IMG/VR virus record: IMGVR_UViG_3300045973_000529
Location: 64,001-128,000 of that record
Direction: 5' to 3' (one strand)
Length of the DNA stretch: 64,000 bases
From: a virus
Shown here: positions 18,931-26,732 of the stretch, piece after piece
Position numbering within the stretch: position 1 is the stretch's first letter
Layout of the letters: each line of letters starts with the position of its first letter
Translations under genes and position numbers: made by a program
Notes under the pieces: generated by a model
Databases searched by the model: none
Seen by the model: the letters and a program-made list of their open reading frames with translations, nothing else
What the model was told of the DNA's origin: nothing

Positions 18931-19143
18931 ATGGCCTGCAACTGTCCCGATGCCGAGTGGCACTACACCTCTCGCTGCGCTGGTGCTCAACGACTGCCAG
19001 CGGCGCAGCCTGCGACGTACCAACCGGCTCGGCCGGCCGAGCCGCGACAAAACATGCTGGCCTGCAAGTGCCCAGATGCCGAATGGCACCACTACGGCTG
19101 CGCCTTGTCTGTGCAGCGCCACCCGTTCACCTTCAACGCGTGA
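18931..19143 (+). CDS. 70-aa protein with duplicated CxCPDAEWH...C motif
   Basis: MACNCPDAEWHYTSRC ... LACKCPDAEWHHYGC; GGAG SD. Confidence 0.75.
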   Translation: MACNCPDAEWHYTSRCAGAQRLPAAQPATYQPARPAEPRQNMLACKCPDAEWHHYGCALSVQRHPFTFNA

Positions 19144-19148
19144 AGATC

Positions 19149-19445
19149 ATGTCCGAATACACCATCACCCACGACACTGGCATGGAAATCTGGCGCGGCC
19201 AGGCGCCGTGTCCCGAGCAACTCCCGTACGCAGGTGATGTGCTCGAGGTCGTCAAACCGTTCTGGACGCTGGGCGAGTACCAGTACCTCGAAGGCGACAC
19301 GCTGACGCTCGAGCAGCGGACCCGCAAGGCACCCTTTGGCCGGTCCAGCTCGCTCGGGAATTGGATCGTCAAGGACAAGTACCAGACCTCGATCTGGACA
19401 AACATCGAGTGGATGCTGGCTGACGGCATCGTGAAGGTCAAGTGA
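19149..19445 (+). CDS. hypothetical protein
   Basis: MSEYTITHDTG..., 98 aa. Confidence 0.7.
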   Translation: MSEYTITHDTGMEIWRGQAPCPEQLPYAGDVLEVVKPFWTLGEYQYLEGDTLTLEQRTRKAPFGRSSSLGNWIVKDKYQTSIWTNIEWMLADGIVKVK

Positions 19446-19603
19446 TGATCACCGATTTCAGGGGCGTGGTCGATGACCTCTTCGAGTACCTGTACCGGCA
19501 GCGCGACGATTCGCTCCGTGCTGGCGACATGGCTGGGTACTCTGAAGCCGTCGACGCGCTGAATCTGCTTCGCGACATGGTCGCCAAGAACACAACATCA
19601 TGA
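19445..19603 (+). CDS. small hypothetical protein (52 aa)
   Basis: Read manually: MITDFRGVVDDLFEYLYRQ...; overlaps both neighbours by TGATG/ATGA. Confidence 0.65.
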   Translation: MITDFRGVVDDLFEYLYRQRDDSLRAGDMAGYSEAVDALNLLRDMVAKNTTS

Positions 19604-20013
19604 CCACCTTCAAGCACTACGAGCTGGGGTCGCTGAAAGTAGGTGCGCAGCTCGCGCTCTCGAATCGGCTCTACGTCTCTGGTTGGACGTTGTCGAATCT
19701 CTACCGCGACTTCGTCGACGGTTACAGGGCCGAGGGCTCGCAGATCGTGATCGCAAGCCATGGCTCAAATCCAGCAACCCCAGTCGCCCTGGCGCTGTAC
19801 TACGGGCGGGACCATCAGGTCATGGCTTTCACGCGTCAGTCATTCCGCCGTCAGGGGCTGGCGGTCGAGTGCGTCAAGCGACTGAAGAACCTCCCAGAGA
19901 ACGTCGTCGCTGGTGAAGGCATTGATGGCACGCTCGAGTTCTGGCAGAAGGCCGGCATCCCAGCCCACGCCCGCGACTACAACTTTTGGCCAAGAGGTCA
20001 TCGCTTCGAATAG
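19600..20013 (+). CDS. GNAT-like acetyltransferase
   Basis: MAFTRQSFRRQGLAVECV resembles acetyl-CoA binding motif A; LEFWQKAG resembles motif B. Confidence 0.6.
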   Translation: MTTFKHYELGSLKVGAQLALSNRLYVSGWTLSNLYRDFVDGYRAEGSQIVIASHGSNPATPVALALYYGRDHQVMAFTRQSFRRQGLAVECVKRLKNLPENVVAGEGIDGTLEFWQKAGIPAHARDYNFWPRGHRFE

Positions 20014-20037
20014 CGGTCGGCGACACCAGGAATGCAC

Positions 20038-20057
20038 CAGGGACCCTAGGGTCCCTG
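20038..20057. repeat. perfect 20-bp palindrome CAGGGACCCTAGGGTCCCTG
   Basis: Self-complementary; 18-bp core identical at 37293-37310. Confidence 0.9.
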
Positions 20058-20118
20058 AGTTGTTTGGTACTACACCGACACCTTCGAGTGTCGCCGGCCT
20101 GGAACTGTTACATCTGCT

Positions 20119-20143
20119 GAAGAAAGCGGGGCCGTAGCCCCAC
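20119..20143 (-). terminator. intrinsic terminator for phoH unit
   Basis: Minus strand GTGGGGC-TACG-GCCCCGC then TTTCTTC, 6 nt after the phoH stop. Confidence 0.7.
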
Positions 20144-20149
20144 TGAAAC

Positions 20150-20902
20150 TTACGCGCGACGGCGGACTTGGCCGCCAGCGGAGACGCGCTCTTCAGGCGC
20201 GTCGAGGTGCGTGAGGAGCTCACGCACGAGTTCAGAACGTTGGATGTCGCGATGGGTGAACTGGATCACCTGAATCATGCGTGACTTCCCAGCCAAGCGG
20301 CGCGTCAGCCACTCAAGGCCATTCTCGGCGATACCGCGAAGATCGCACTGAGAACCGTCGCCGTTCACGACGAATGTGCTGTAGTTGCCGGCACGTGTGA
20401 CGAAGAGCTTGATCTGCTCGATCGTCGTATTCTGTGCTTCGTCCAGAATCACGTACGAGTTGTTGAACGTTCGACCACGCATGTACGCGAGCGGCGCGAA
20501 CTCGATCTTGCCGCTGTCCATGAGCTTCTTGGCCATGGTAACGCCGACGAGCTCTTCAAGCGCGTCGAGCAGTGGGCGGAGATACGGACTGATCTTCTCT
20601 TCGAAGGTGCCTGGAAGGAACCCAAGGCTTTCACCTGCTTCGCAGACCGGGCGTGTCAGCACGATCTTGGAAACTTCATTGGACAGAAGCTTCTCAACGC
20701 CAACAGCCATGGCGAGGAAGGACTTACCGGAACCTGCAGGACCATCGCCAATCGTCAGCGGCATTTGGCGCAGCGACTCAAGGTAAAGTTCTTGTGCAAG
20801 TGATTTCGGTTGTGGAGTGAAGCGGAGTTTGATAACCTTTGGACCCTCTTGGGAAATCGGTTGTGGATACTTGTTTTCGCGGTTGAGAAGCTTACGACCC
20901 AT
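20150..20902 (-). CDS. phoH: PhoH family ATPase
   Basis: GPAGSGKS, LTRP, LGFLPG, PLAYMRGRT, ILDEAQN, GD.SQCD, IQRS motifs; AGGAGG SD. Confidence 0.97.
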   Translation of the reverse strand: MGRKLLNRENKYPQPISQEGPKVIKLRFTPQPKSLAQELYLESLRQMPLTIGDGPAGSGKSFLAMAVGVEKLLSNEVSKIVLTRPVCEAGESLGFLPGTFEEKISPYLRPLLDALEELVGVTMAKKLMDSGKIEFAPLAYMRGRTFNNSYVILDEAQNTTIEQIKLFVTRAGNYSTFVVNGDGSQCDLRGIAENGLEWLTRRLAGKSRMIQVIQFTHRDIQRSELVRELLTHLDAPEERVSAGGQVRRRA

Positions 20903-20931
20903 GTGATCCTCCTACAGGACTGGGTGATGGC

Positions 20932-21089
20932 GAACTCGTCAGAGCAGGAGGTTGGCCTCCTGATGGCGGGCGATAACAGACAAACGGGCCGGAGTAAAAG
21001 GCTGTGCGACGATTGTTCGCACCTGTTGTAGGGGTTGGCCCTCATCTGCCTCGAGAACGATGCAGGCTTGTTGCTGCACCGGGGAGTTC
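20932..21089 (-). ncRNA. candidate structured cis-regulatory RNA in the phoH leader
   Basis: Closing stem GAACTC/GAGTTC enclosing three helices; see findings. Confidence 0.45.
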
Positions 21090-21102
21090 CTTGTGTTGGA
21101 CA

Positions 21103-21486
21103 TTAGTCCTGCTTGTAGGTAACGAACTTCATCCAATCGACGACGTTCTGTTCCTTGTTGTGCAGCATGCACTCACCAGCGGCGAGGCAGTCCAACAGGT
21201 ACTGCGCGAGCTTCACATGCTCAGCGTCCTTCATTTTCAACAGCGCTTCCTTGACTGCGGCTGACGTGCTGTCATCACCGTAGTTCACAGGATCTTCCAT
21301 CTGGAGATCGGCGCTCTTCAAGCCGTTCTTGAAGAAGCCACTGACCTTCGCGAGGACAAACAGCTGATAGGGGTTCGTGACCTTGCCGGCACTGACAATT
21401 TCCTGCAGCGTGAGATCGACGAGACGTGGAGTGTGCGTTGGAGCACCGTACACGGTATCGCTTTCGATCAGTTGATGGAGTTTCAT
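21103..21486 (-). CDS. hypothetical late protein
   Basis: 127 aa, MKLHQLIES N-terminus, downstream of minus-strand late box. Confidence 0.8.
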   Translation of the reverse strand: MKLHQLIESDTVYGAPTHTPRLVDLTLQEIVSAGKVTNPYQLFVLAKVSGFFKNGLKSADLQMEDPVNYGDDSTSAAVKEALLKMKDAEHVKLAQYLLDCLAAGECMLHNKEQNVVDWMKFVTYKQD

Positions 21487-21514
21487 AGTGCTGCCGGTTA
21501 GGTTGACGATGTGC

Positions 21515-21520
21515 TATTTA
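21515..21520 (-). promoter_or_regulatory. late promoter box TAAATA (minus)
   Basis: gcTATTTAgc on plus strand. Confidence 0.7.
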
Positions 21521-21526
21521 GCCCCG

Positions 21527-21532
21527 TAAATA
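21527..21532 (+). promoter_or_regulatory. late promoter box TAAATA
   Basis: gTAAATAg, back-to-back with the minus box. Confidence 0.7.
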
Positions 21533-21553
21533 GGTTGTGCCAAGGAGAGAACC

Positions 21554-21775
21554 ATGTCCGAGACCTTTGTTGATCAGCCTACGAACCCTATTCCTCCGCC
21601 AGACACCTGGCATGAGCTATCGTATAACCAATTGCTCGATGCTAAGACCCAACTTATGAACAAGCTCTACCTGGCCCGCGGGAAGCCTCTGTACCTCAAA
21701 CCGCTGAATACGGCGCTTGAGCGCATCGAGGCCTTCATTGCAGCGAAGCTGCAAGATCCGCGCGGTTTGGGTTAA
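21554..21775 (+). CDS. hypothetical late protein
   Basis: AAGGAG SD, 73 aa. Confidence 0.8.
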   Translation: MSETFVDQPTNPIPPPDTWHELSYNQLLDAKTQLMNKLYLARGKPLYLKPLNTALERIEAFIAAKLQDPRGLG

Positions 21776-22026
21776 TGCGCCTTGTAAGTTTCGAGCATGC
21801 GCTCGAGCTGCGCGTGCAGGTTCACTAGATCGGCCGTCAGGCCCTTCGGAAGCTTTCGCTCCAGGACCTGCCCGATGAGGTAGTACGCCTCATCGATGAC
21901 ATCAGCCCAGTCTTGTTCGTCCATTTCATCAGGTGGAACGACATCCAGCAGATACATGTCGTGAACCTCGACTTTCTCGAGGAGCTCCTCGACTGTCGGT
22001 TCATTGGGCTCATTCTTGCTAGGCAT
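21772..22026 (-). CDS. hypothetical acidic protein
   Basis: 84 aa, converges on and overlaps the stop of the previous gene. Confidence 0.75.
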   Translation of the reverse strand: MPSKNEPNEPTVEELLEKVEVHDMYLLDVVPPDEMDEQDWADVIDEAYYLIGQVLERKLPKGLTADLVNLHAQLERMLETYKAH

Positions 22027-22049
22027 CCTGTTCCCCTTACACGTGGCAC

Positions 22050-22055
22050 TAAATA
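22050..22055 (+). promoter_or_regulatory. late promoter box TAAATA
   Basis: cTAAATAc upstream of structural gene 22126. Confidence 0.65.
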
Positions 22056-22095
22056 CGACAGCACCGTCAACCTAGACAGCCGACCGTGACGGAGC

Positions 22096-22101
22096 TATTT
22101 A
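22096..22101 (-). promoter_or_regulatory. late promoter box TAAATA (minus)
   Basis: gcTATTTAc, upstream of minus gene ending at 21772. Confidence 0.6.
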
Positions 22102-22125
22102 CCATCAGTCGGCGGAGGTATCACC

Positions 22126-24237
22126 ATGGCTTATTCTCTCTTCTGGCGCTCGCCAGCGCTGCCGTTCACCCAGAAGCAGACCGCAATCAGCGTTCCAGCT
22201 GGCGCGGTAGTTTCAAACGCAGCGTCACTTCGCTTCACCGGCAAGGGTGCGACGAACTACGGCAAGGTTCAACAAGAGAACCTGCTCCGTCTGCTCGAGA
22301 ACTTCGCAGGCCCAACAGCTCCAGACTTTCCAACTGTTGGCCAGTGCTGGTACGACACCACGGAAAACAACCTCAAGGTCTGCATTGCGACCTTGGGTGC
22401 TGGCTATCCAGCGGTCGTTTGGCAACAGCTGAACGCCACGCAAATCACCGGCGTTGGTGATGCACCGCCACCAAATCCAGTGCTTGGTGATACTTGGTTC
22501 TCACGGACTGGCAGCGCCTCTGGCATCATGTACATGTACACTGGCATTGGCCGGTATCCACAGCAAGCGTGGGATGCAACGATCGACTACTGGCCAACAA
22601 CCTCCACCACTGCCGCTGTCAAGCTGAACACCACGACCTTTGCAGGTGCCGTTGGTTCAGGTTATGGTGAAGCCTACGTCAGTGCTCCAGCTTCAGACAC
22701 GAATGGCACTATCAGTGTGCTCGGTGTTACCACTGCACTGCCGCGTGGTATCATCGGAAGCCGTTGGCCTGTGACTGATGCCCTTATTGTCTGGGACCAG
22801 GGTGGCACCATCAGTGCACCGCTTTCAACGTATGTCATCGTACAGCAAACGGTAGATGGTAGCCGCTGGTTCTACGACAATCAGACAACGCTTGTGGAGT
22901 TCACTCCGACTGCCAGTCAGTATGCCATTGGCGTGATCACCGTTGGCGTCCAAGATGACCAGCTCTCGCCTGGTATCACCTCCGCCACGTTGTGGAGCAC
23001 CGCGATGCCTCTCAAGAACATGATGCAGGCTCCAGCTGCACTTGCTGAAGGCGCCATTGGCGGTTGGGAACAGATTTGGCCAACAGTTGAGACCCATGGT
23101 GGTCGTGCTGAGTATGAGTACGTGTACAACCAGCTGGCGCAGCTCATTGGCGATCCAATCATCTTCGGTGGCTCAGGCGCCGAAGGTCGTTCCATTCCGT
23201 GGCTCACCGATTTCCGCGCTCTCGATGCAAGCATGCAGCTCGCGTACACCAACATCACACCGCTCGACACGAACGTATCCGCTGGATCATACACGGTGGC
23301 GAATGGGTTGAACGCATTGAAGGTCGACGTGAACTCCCAGGACTGGGACAAGCTGCTTGCCGCATGCCGTTATGCGGTGAACCGGCTTGAGCTGCCAAGT
23401 GGCATCACTGATGACATTGCCTTTCATCCATTCGTGCAAGACGGCCTGCCTGGGGACCCGAACATCACGGCACTGTCCGGTATTCGTGCAATTCCACGTG
23501 ATCGCCGCCAGCGCAATCGCATCGGCGGTCTGACTGTGTTCTCGTCCTATCAGGAAACACTGAACGTGCTGCGCGCTGCGATTCAAAACCGCTACCTGCT
23601 CAAGGGCATTCTCGAGGCTTCCGGTGTTGGCAACGCGCTGTACACGAATGCGGCCATCACTGCTCAAACAGCGTTCACCGCCACAGCAGCGTCATTCACA
23701 GGAACAGTCACGCACGGTCTCGACTTCGTGTTCACTGATTCGACACCTGACGTCGAACAGTTCTTCCGTTCTGGTGGTGCTCTGCAGTTCATCATCTCAC
23801 ACGTGCCATCTGCATCGCCAACTGCAGCCGACACAGCATTGAAGTCGATCTGCGATACGATGGGCCGCGTCCGGGTGTTGAACAGCTCGACTCTGGTGAT
23901 GTCTCCATCCCCATCCCCAACCGCAACCTTGGCGCAAGCCCCTGGTGCAAGCGGGTTCGCAAACATGACGTCCACTGGTGTGACATTGGCAACAATGACT
24001 AGCGGCACTGCAACGGTTACAGTTCGTGGGTTGGTGGTACAGGTGAACTTCGTGAACACCCGAGCTCGGGTGTTGTTCGACATCACTCCAGGTGGTGCAA
24101 CGACCGGCACGTTCTCGGTGGCTTGGAGCTACATCTCTGACAACGAGATGTACAACAATCCTGGTGCGGTGCACGTCTATCCGGTGCCAATCGCGTATGT
24201 CGCTGCACACAAGCAAGGCTCGGCGTTGTTCATCTAA
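22126..24237 (+). CDS. baseplate/tail structural protein (703 aa)
   Basis: LRFTGKGATNYG...ENLLRLLENFAG.TAP..P..GQCWYDT N-terminal pattern common in T4-like phage baseplate/tail proteins; GGAGG SD. Confidence 0.75.
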   Translation: MAYSLFWRSPALPFTQKQTAISVPAGAVVSNAASLRFTGKGATNYGKVQQENLLRLLENFAGPTAPDFPTVGQCWYDTTENNLKVCIATLGAGYPAVVWQQLNATQITGVGDAPPPNPVLGDTWFSRTGSASGIMYMYTGIGRYPQQAWDATIDYWPTTSTTAAVKLNTTTFAGAVGSGYGEAYVSAPASDTNGTISVLGVTTALPRGIIGSRWPVTDALIVWDQGGTISAPLSTYVIVQQTVDGSRWFYDNQTTLVEFTPTASQYAIGVITVGVQDDQLSPGITSATLWSTAMPLKNMMQAPAALAEGAIGGWEQIWPTVETHGGRAEYEYVYNQLAQLIGDPIIFGGSGAEGRSIPWLTDFRALDASMQLAYTNITPLDTNVSAGSYTVANGLNALKVDVNSQDWDKLLAACRYAVNRLELPSGITDDIAFHPFVQDGLPGDPNITALSGIRAIPRDRRQRNRIGGLTVFSSYQETLNVLRAAIQNRYLLKGILEASGVGNALYTNAAITAQTAFTATAASFTGTVTHGLDFVFTDSTPDVEQFFRSGGALQFIISHVPSASPTAADTALKSICDTMGRVRVLNSSTLVMSPSPSPTATLAQAPGASGFANMTSTGVTLATMTSGTATVTVRGLVVQVNFVNTRARVLFDITPGGATTGTFSVAWSYISDNEMYNNPGAVHVYPVPIAYVAAHKQGSALFI

Positions 24238-24255
24238 CGGTCCCAACTTTCACAG

Positions 24256-24284
24256 TTTACACCTCTGGCACGATACGCTACAAT
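24256..24284 (+). promoter_or_regulatory. sigma70-like promoter
   Basis: TTTACA-17 nt-TACAAT. Confidence 0.8.
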
Positions 24285-24315
24285 GAACTCTGTCCCACCA
24301 CCAACAGGAAAATTC

Positions 24316-24591
24316 ATGTCGCGTACCCCCATCATTGTGCCAGGTCAAGTGTACCTGCATCCCGTGTTCAACGAGTACTTCGTTGTGACGAAGGCAACCC
24401 GCGGTGACATCCAATTTCGGGGACCCGGTTTCAGGGGGATGCACGAGGTCGAGTTGTTTCTCCAGCGCTTCCAACCGGTCGACAGCAATGATCTGAACGG
24501 CGCGGAAATCCAAGCGCTTGCCGAGTTCACAACCGCGCCGCTCAGCACCGGCTGGGTTGCCCGCGATGACGACGAGTTCGATGAGGAGTGA
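24316..24591 (+). CDS. hypothetical protein
   Basis: AGGA SD, ATG 24316, acidic tail. Confidence 0.75.
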   Translation: MSRTPIIVPGQVYLHPVFNEYFVVTKATRGDIQFRGPGFRGMHEVELFLQRFQPVDSNDLNGAEIQALAEFTTAPLSTGWVARDDDEFDEE

Positions 24592-24594
24592 CCT

Positions 24595-25074
24595 ATGGCG
24601 AAGATTCTTACTTCACGCGATGATGAACCCAGTGTCATCGGCACCATTCAAGAGCTCATTGGCATTGGGTGCGATGTCATGGGGCTTGACACCGAAGAAC
24701 CATCTGATGATCTTGAAGACACAGTTGGTGAGCTGATCGACGTGGTCGTCGGCATGGCGAACAAGATCGACGATCAAGCGACAATGATCGGGGTCCTGAA
24801 CATGGACGCGCTCGGGATGAGCATGGCGAACATGGCGCTTCGCAGTGACCTGATGCAGGCGGTTCGCGTCATCAGCGCGCTTGGTGCGCGCGTTCAAGAC
24901 GGTGGACATGCGTTCCAGCATGCGTACACGGCGTTTACCGCGAACTCAGTCGCGAGTTACGACCACACGAATGGCGCAATCGAGATCACGTACCGCGAAG
25001 ACGATCTTCGCAAGGCACTTGCCTCGGCCATCGAGGACTACATCACCGAAGTGGCGCGTTCAGCACTTGCCTGA
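24595..25074 (+). CDS. hypothetical helical protein
   Basis: 159 aa, GAGGAG SD. Confidence 0.8.
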   Translation: MAKILTSRDDEPSVIGTIQELIGIGCDVMGLDTEEPSDDLEDTVGELIDVVVGMANKIDDQATMIGVLNMDALGMSMANMALRSDLMQAVRVISALGARVQDGGHAFQHAYTAFTANSVASYDHTNGAIEITYREDDLRKALASAIEDYITEVARSALA

Positions 25075-25494
25075 ACCATGCGGCCGTGTTAGCACGGCAT
25101 CTCCATAAAGGGACCTCAGGTACGCTGAGTGTCCCTTTTCTGCTTCCTTGGCTTCAGCCATCGTTAGCCCACCCTCAATGACCCTGAAGGATAACTGCAC
25201 CGCGGTGACGTCGTAGAGTTCATCGGTGAAGAGCTCGCTGATGCCGACGTTGATCGTGGCTCGCGCATTTCGGAAGTTGCTCTTGTGCCCAGAGAGACGG
25301 GTCTTCGGACTTTTGGTACGGCCTGCGTACCAAAAGGTTTCGGTCTGCGCACCTCGCGTTAGATCGAACTGCAACTCGTAGACGCTTTGCTTCCCGGGTT
25401 CGTGGCTCCCGTCGTCAAGGCTATCCGTGAAAGGAATGGATTTGAGATGCTGCGCGTATTGAGCAGCAAGCCCGTTCAAAGAGTTGGTGGTCAT
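25060..25494 (-). CDS. GIY-YIG nuclease (free-standing, homing endonuclease-like)
   Basis: SVYEL...WYAGRTKSPKTRLSGHKSN...EAKEAE matches the GIY..YIG.T..L..R..H...E catalytic layout; isolated on the opposite strand. Confidence 0.7.
   Translation of the reverse strand: MTTNSLNGLAAQYAQHLKSIPFTDSLDDGSHEPGKQSVYELQFDLTRGAQTETFWYAGRTKSPKTRLSGHKSNFRNARATINVGISELFTDELYDVTAVQLSFRVIEGGLTMAEAKEAEKGHSAYLRSLYGDAVLTRPHGSGKC
25107..25139 (+). terminator. hairpin with T-tail at convergent junction
   Basis: AAAGGGAC-CTCAG-GTACG-CTGAG-T-GTCCCTTT T. Confidence 0.6.
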
Positions 25495-25530
25495 TGCTGC
25501 TCTTGGTGATGAACAGCTTCTGGCATTCTA

Positions 25531-25593
25531 AGTTACAGATTTCTTGGACCGTTACACTTCCGTGGTTCTCGAACCCGAAACTCATGTTAAGAT
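25531..25593 (+). promoter_or_regulatory. early/middle promoter: tandem GTTACA boxes + CCCGA + TAAGAT
   Basis: GTTACA 25532 and 25551, CCCGA 25574, -10 at 25588-25593; near-identical layout at 30866. Confidence 0.75.
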
Positions 25594-25600
25594 GCCTGTC

Positions 25601-25966
25601 ATGAACACCCCTACCTTCTTCTTCGCAGCCACGGACATCGTGGTCACGGGTTCCAACCCCGAAAACGCGGACGTCACGAATCCTCGCGGCGAGTACTTCG
25701 GTTCCGCAGGTTACGTGGTCGCTGAGGACGCCGTCGGCAATCGCGTTCGCCTGCACATCAAGACCGAGCAACGCGATGCCGACGCTCTTGCCGCAGCCGG
25801 TCGCGTTGCCGATGCGCTGAACGCTCGCCTGGCTTCTGGCAAGCTGCCCGTCGCGTTCGATCGTTGGGAGGAAACCTTCCCCGCCTACGGCTCCGCTGCG
25901 TACGACCCGCAAGAAGAGATTGAATGGGAACGTCGCGTCGAAGAAGACGCCGCCTGGTGTCAGTGA
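25601..25966 (+). CDS. hypothetical early protein (likely leaderless)
   Basis: ATG 7 nt after the -10 box, no SD. Confidence 0.75.
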   Translation: MNTPTFFFAATDIVVTGSNPENADVTNPRGEYFGSAGYVVAEDAVGNRVRLHIKTEQRDADALAAAGRVADALNARLASGKLPVAFDRWEETFPAYGSAAYDPQEEIEWERRVEEDAAWCQ

Positions 25967-26175
25967 TGGCAACCCCAGCGCAACCCATGCTCTGGACACA
26001 GAGCACGAAGACCTCGCTCGCCGCGCTGACCATCGGCACGGTCTGCTGGGTGTACTCGCAGGACACCACGCGCTGCCAGACCGCCGTGCGAGCCGAAGAC
26101 GGCTGGCGCTGCCACGGTCAAGACCACTTCTACGTTTCTGGCGTCTCCAAGTTCATCGTTCTCCCCACGAAGTAA
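25966..26175 (+). CDS. hypothetical protein
   Basis: TGATG overlap, 69 aa. Confidence 0.7.
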   Translation: MATPAQPMLWTQSTKTSLAALTIGTVCWVYSQDTTRCQTAVRAEDGWRCHGQDHFYVSGVSKFIVLPTK

Positions 26176-26180
26176 CCACC

Positions 26181-26396
26181 ATGAAACTGCATCGCGAAAA
26201 GGCGCTGCGCGAAATCCTCGCCAGCGAAGACACCATCGAAACTGCCGTGAACGGGCAGACCGCTCAAGAGCAGCGCCAGGCGGGATACGCCGCGCGCCGC
26301 GAAGCCGAGCTGGACGCCCTGGGCCGCTGGATGAACTCCAAGCAGCGCCGTAATCTCCGCAAGACACTGGAACGCGCGAACGCGCAAGAGGACTGA
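26181..26396 (+). CDS. hypothetical protein
   Basis: MKLHREKALREIL..., 71 aa. Confidence 0.7.
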   Translation: MKLHREKALREILASEDTIETAVNGQTAQEQRQAGYAARREAELDALGRWMNSKQRRNLRKTLERANAQED

Positions 26397-26399
26397 CTC

Positions 26400-26669
26400 A
26401 TGAAACTGCTCAAGGAACTCGCCATGTACAAGAGCCTGTACGTGATGCAGCTGCAGGCCGAAGATGCCCTGAAGACCTGCACACCCGCCGAGAAGCCGGT
26501 GCTGGAAGCGCTGCTGACCGTGAACGATCTCGACATGGCGCGACTGCTCATCGCCGAAGCCACGGGCGATGAAGAGACGGCCAAGACGCTGCGCGAGTGG
26601 CTCGTGAAGAAGACCATGCGCAAGGCCGGCACGTCGAAGTTCTCGGATCCGTTCGGGCTCCTGCCCTGA
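26400..26669 (+). CDS. hypothetical protein
   Basis: 89 aa, packed operon. Confidence 0.75.
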   Translation: MKLLKELAMYKSLYVMQLQAEDALKTCTPAEKPVLEALLTVNDLDMARLLIAEATGDEETAKTLREWLVKKTMRKAGTSKFSDPFGLLP

Positions 26670-26673
26670 GAGA

Positions 26674-26711
26674 TGTAACGGTCAGCACACCGTCCCGAAC
26701 CGTGATAGAAT
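26674..26711 (+). promoter_or_regulatory. early/middle promoter: inverted box TGTAACGG + CCCGA + extended -10
   Basis: TGTAACGG 26674, CCCGA 26694, TGa-TAGAAT 26706-26711. Confidence 0.7.
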
Positions 26712-26732
26712 GATCTTCTCAACGGAGAAAAC

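Noticed and set aside
20939-21103. 54-aa ORF in the phoH leader as a gene
   Set aside because: Codon usage atypical for this genome, no SD, and the sequence is better explained by extensive base-pairing; not fully excluded
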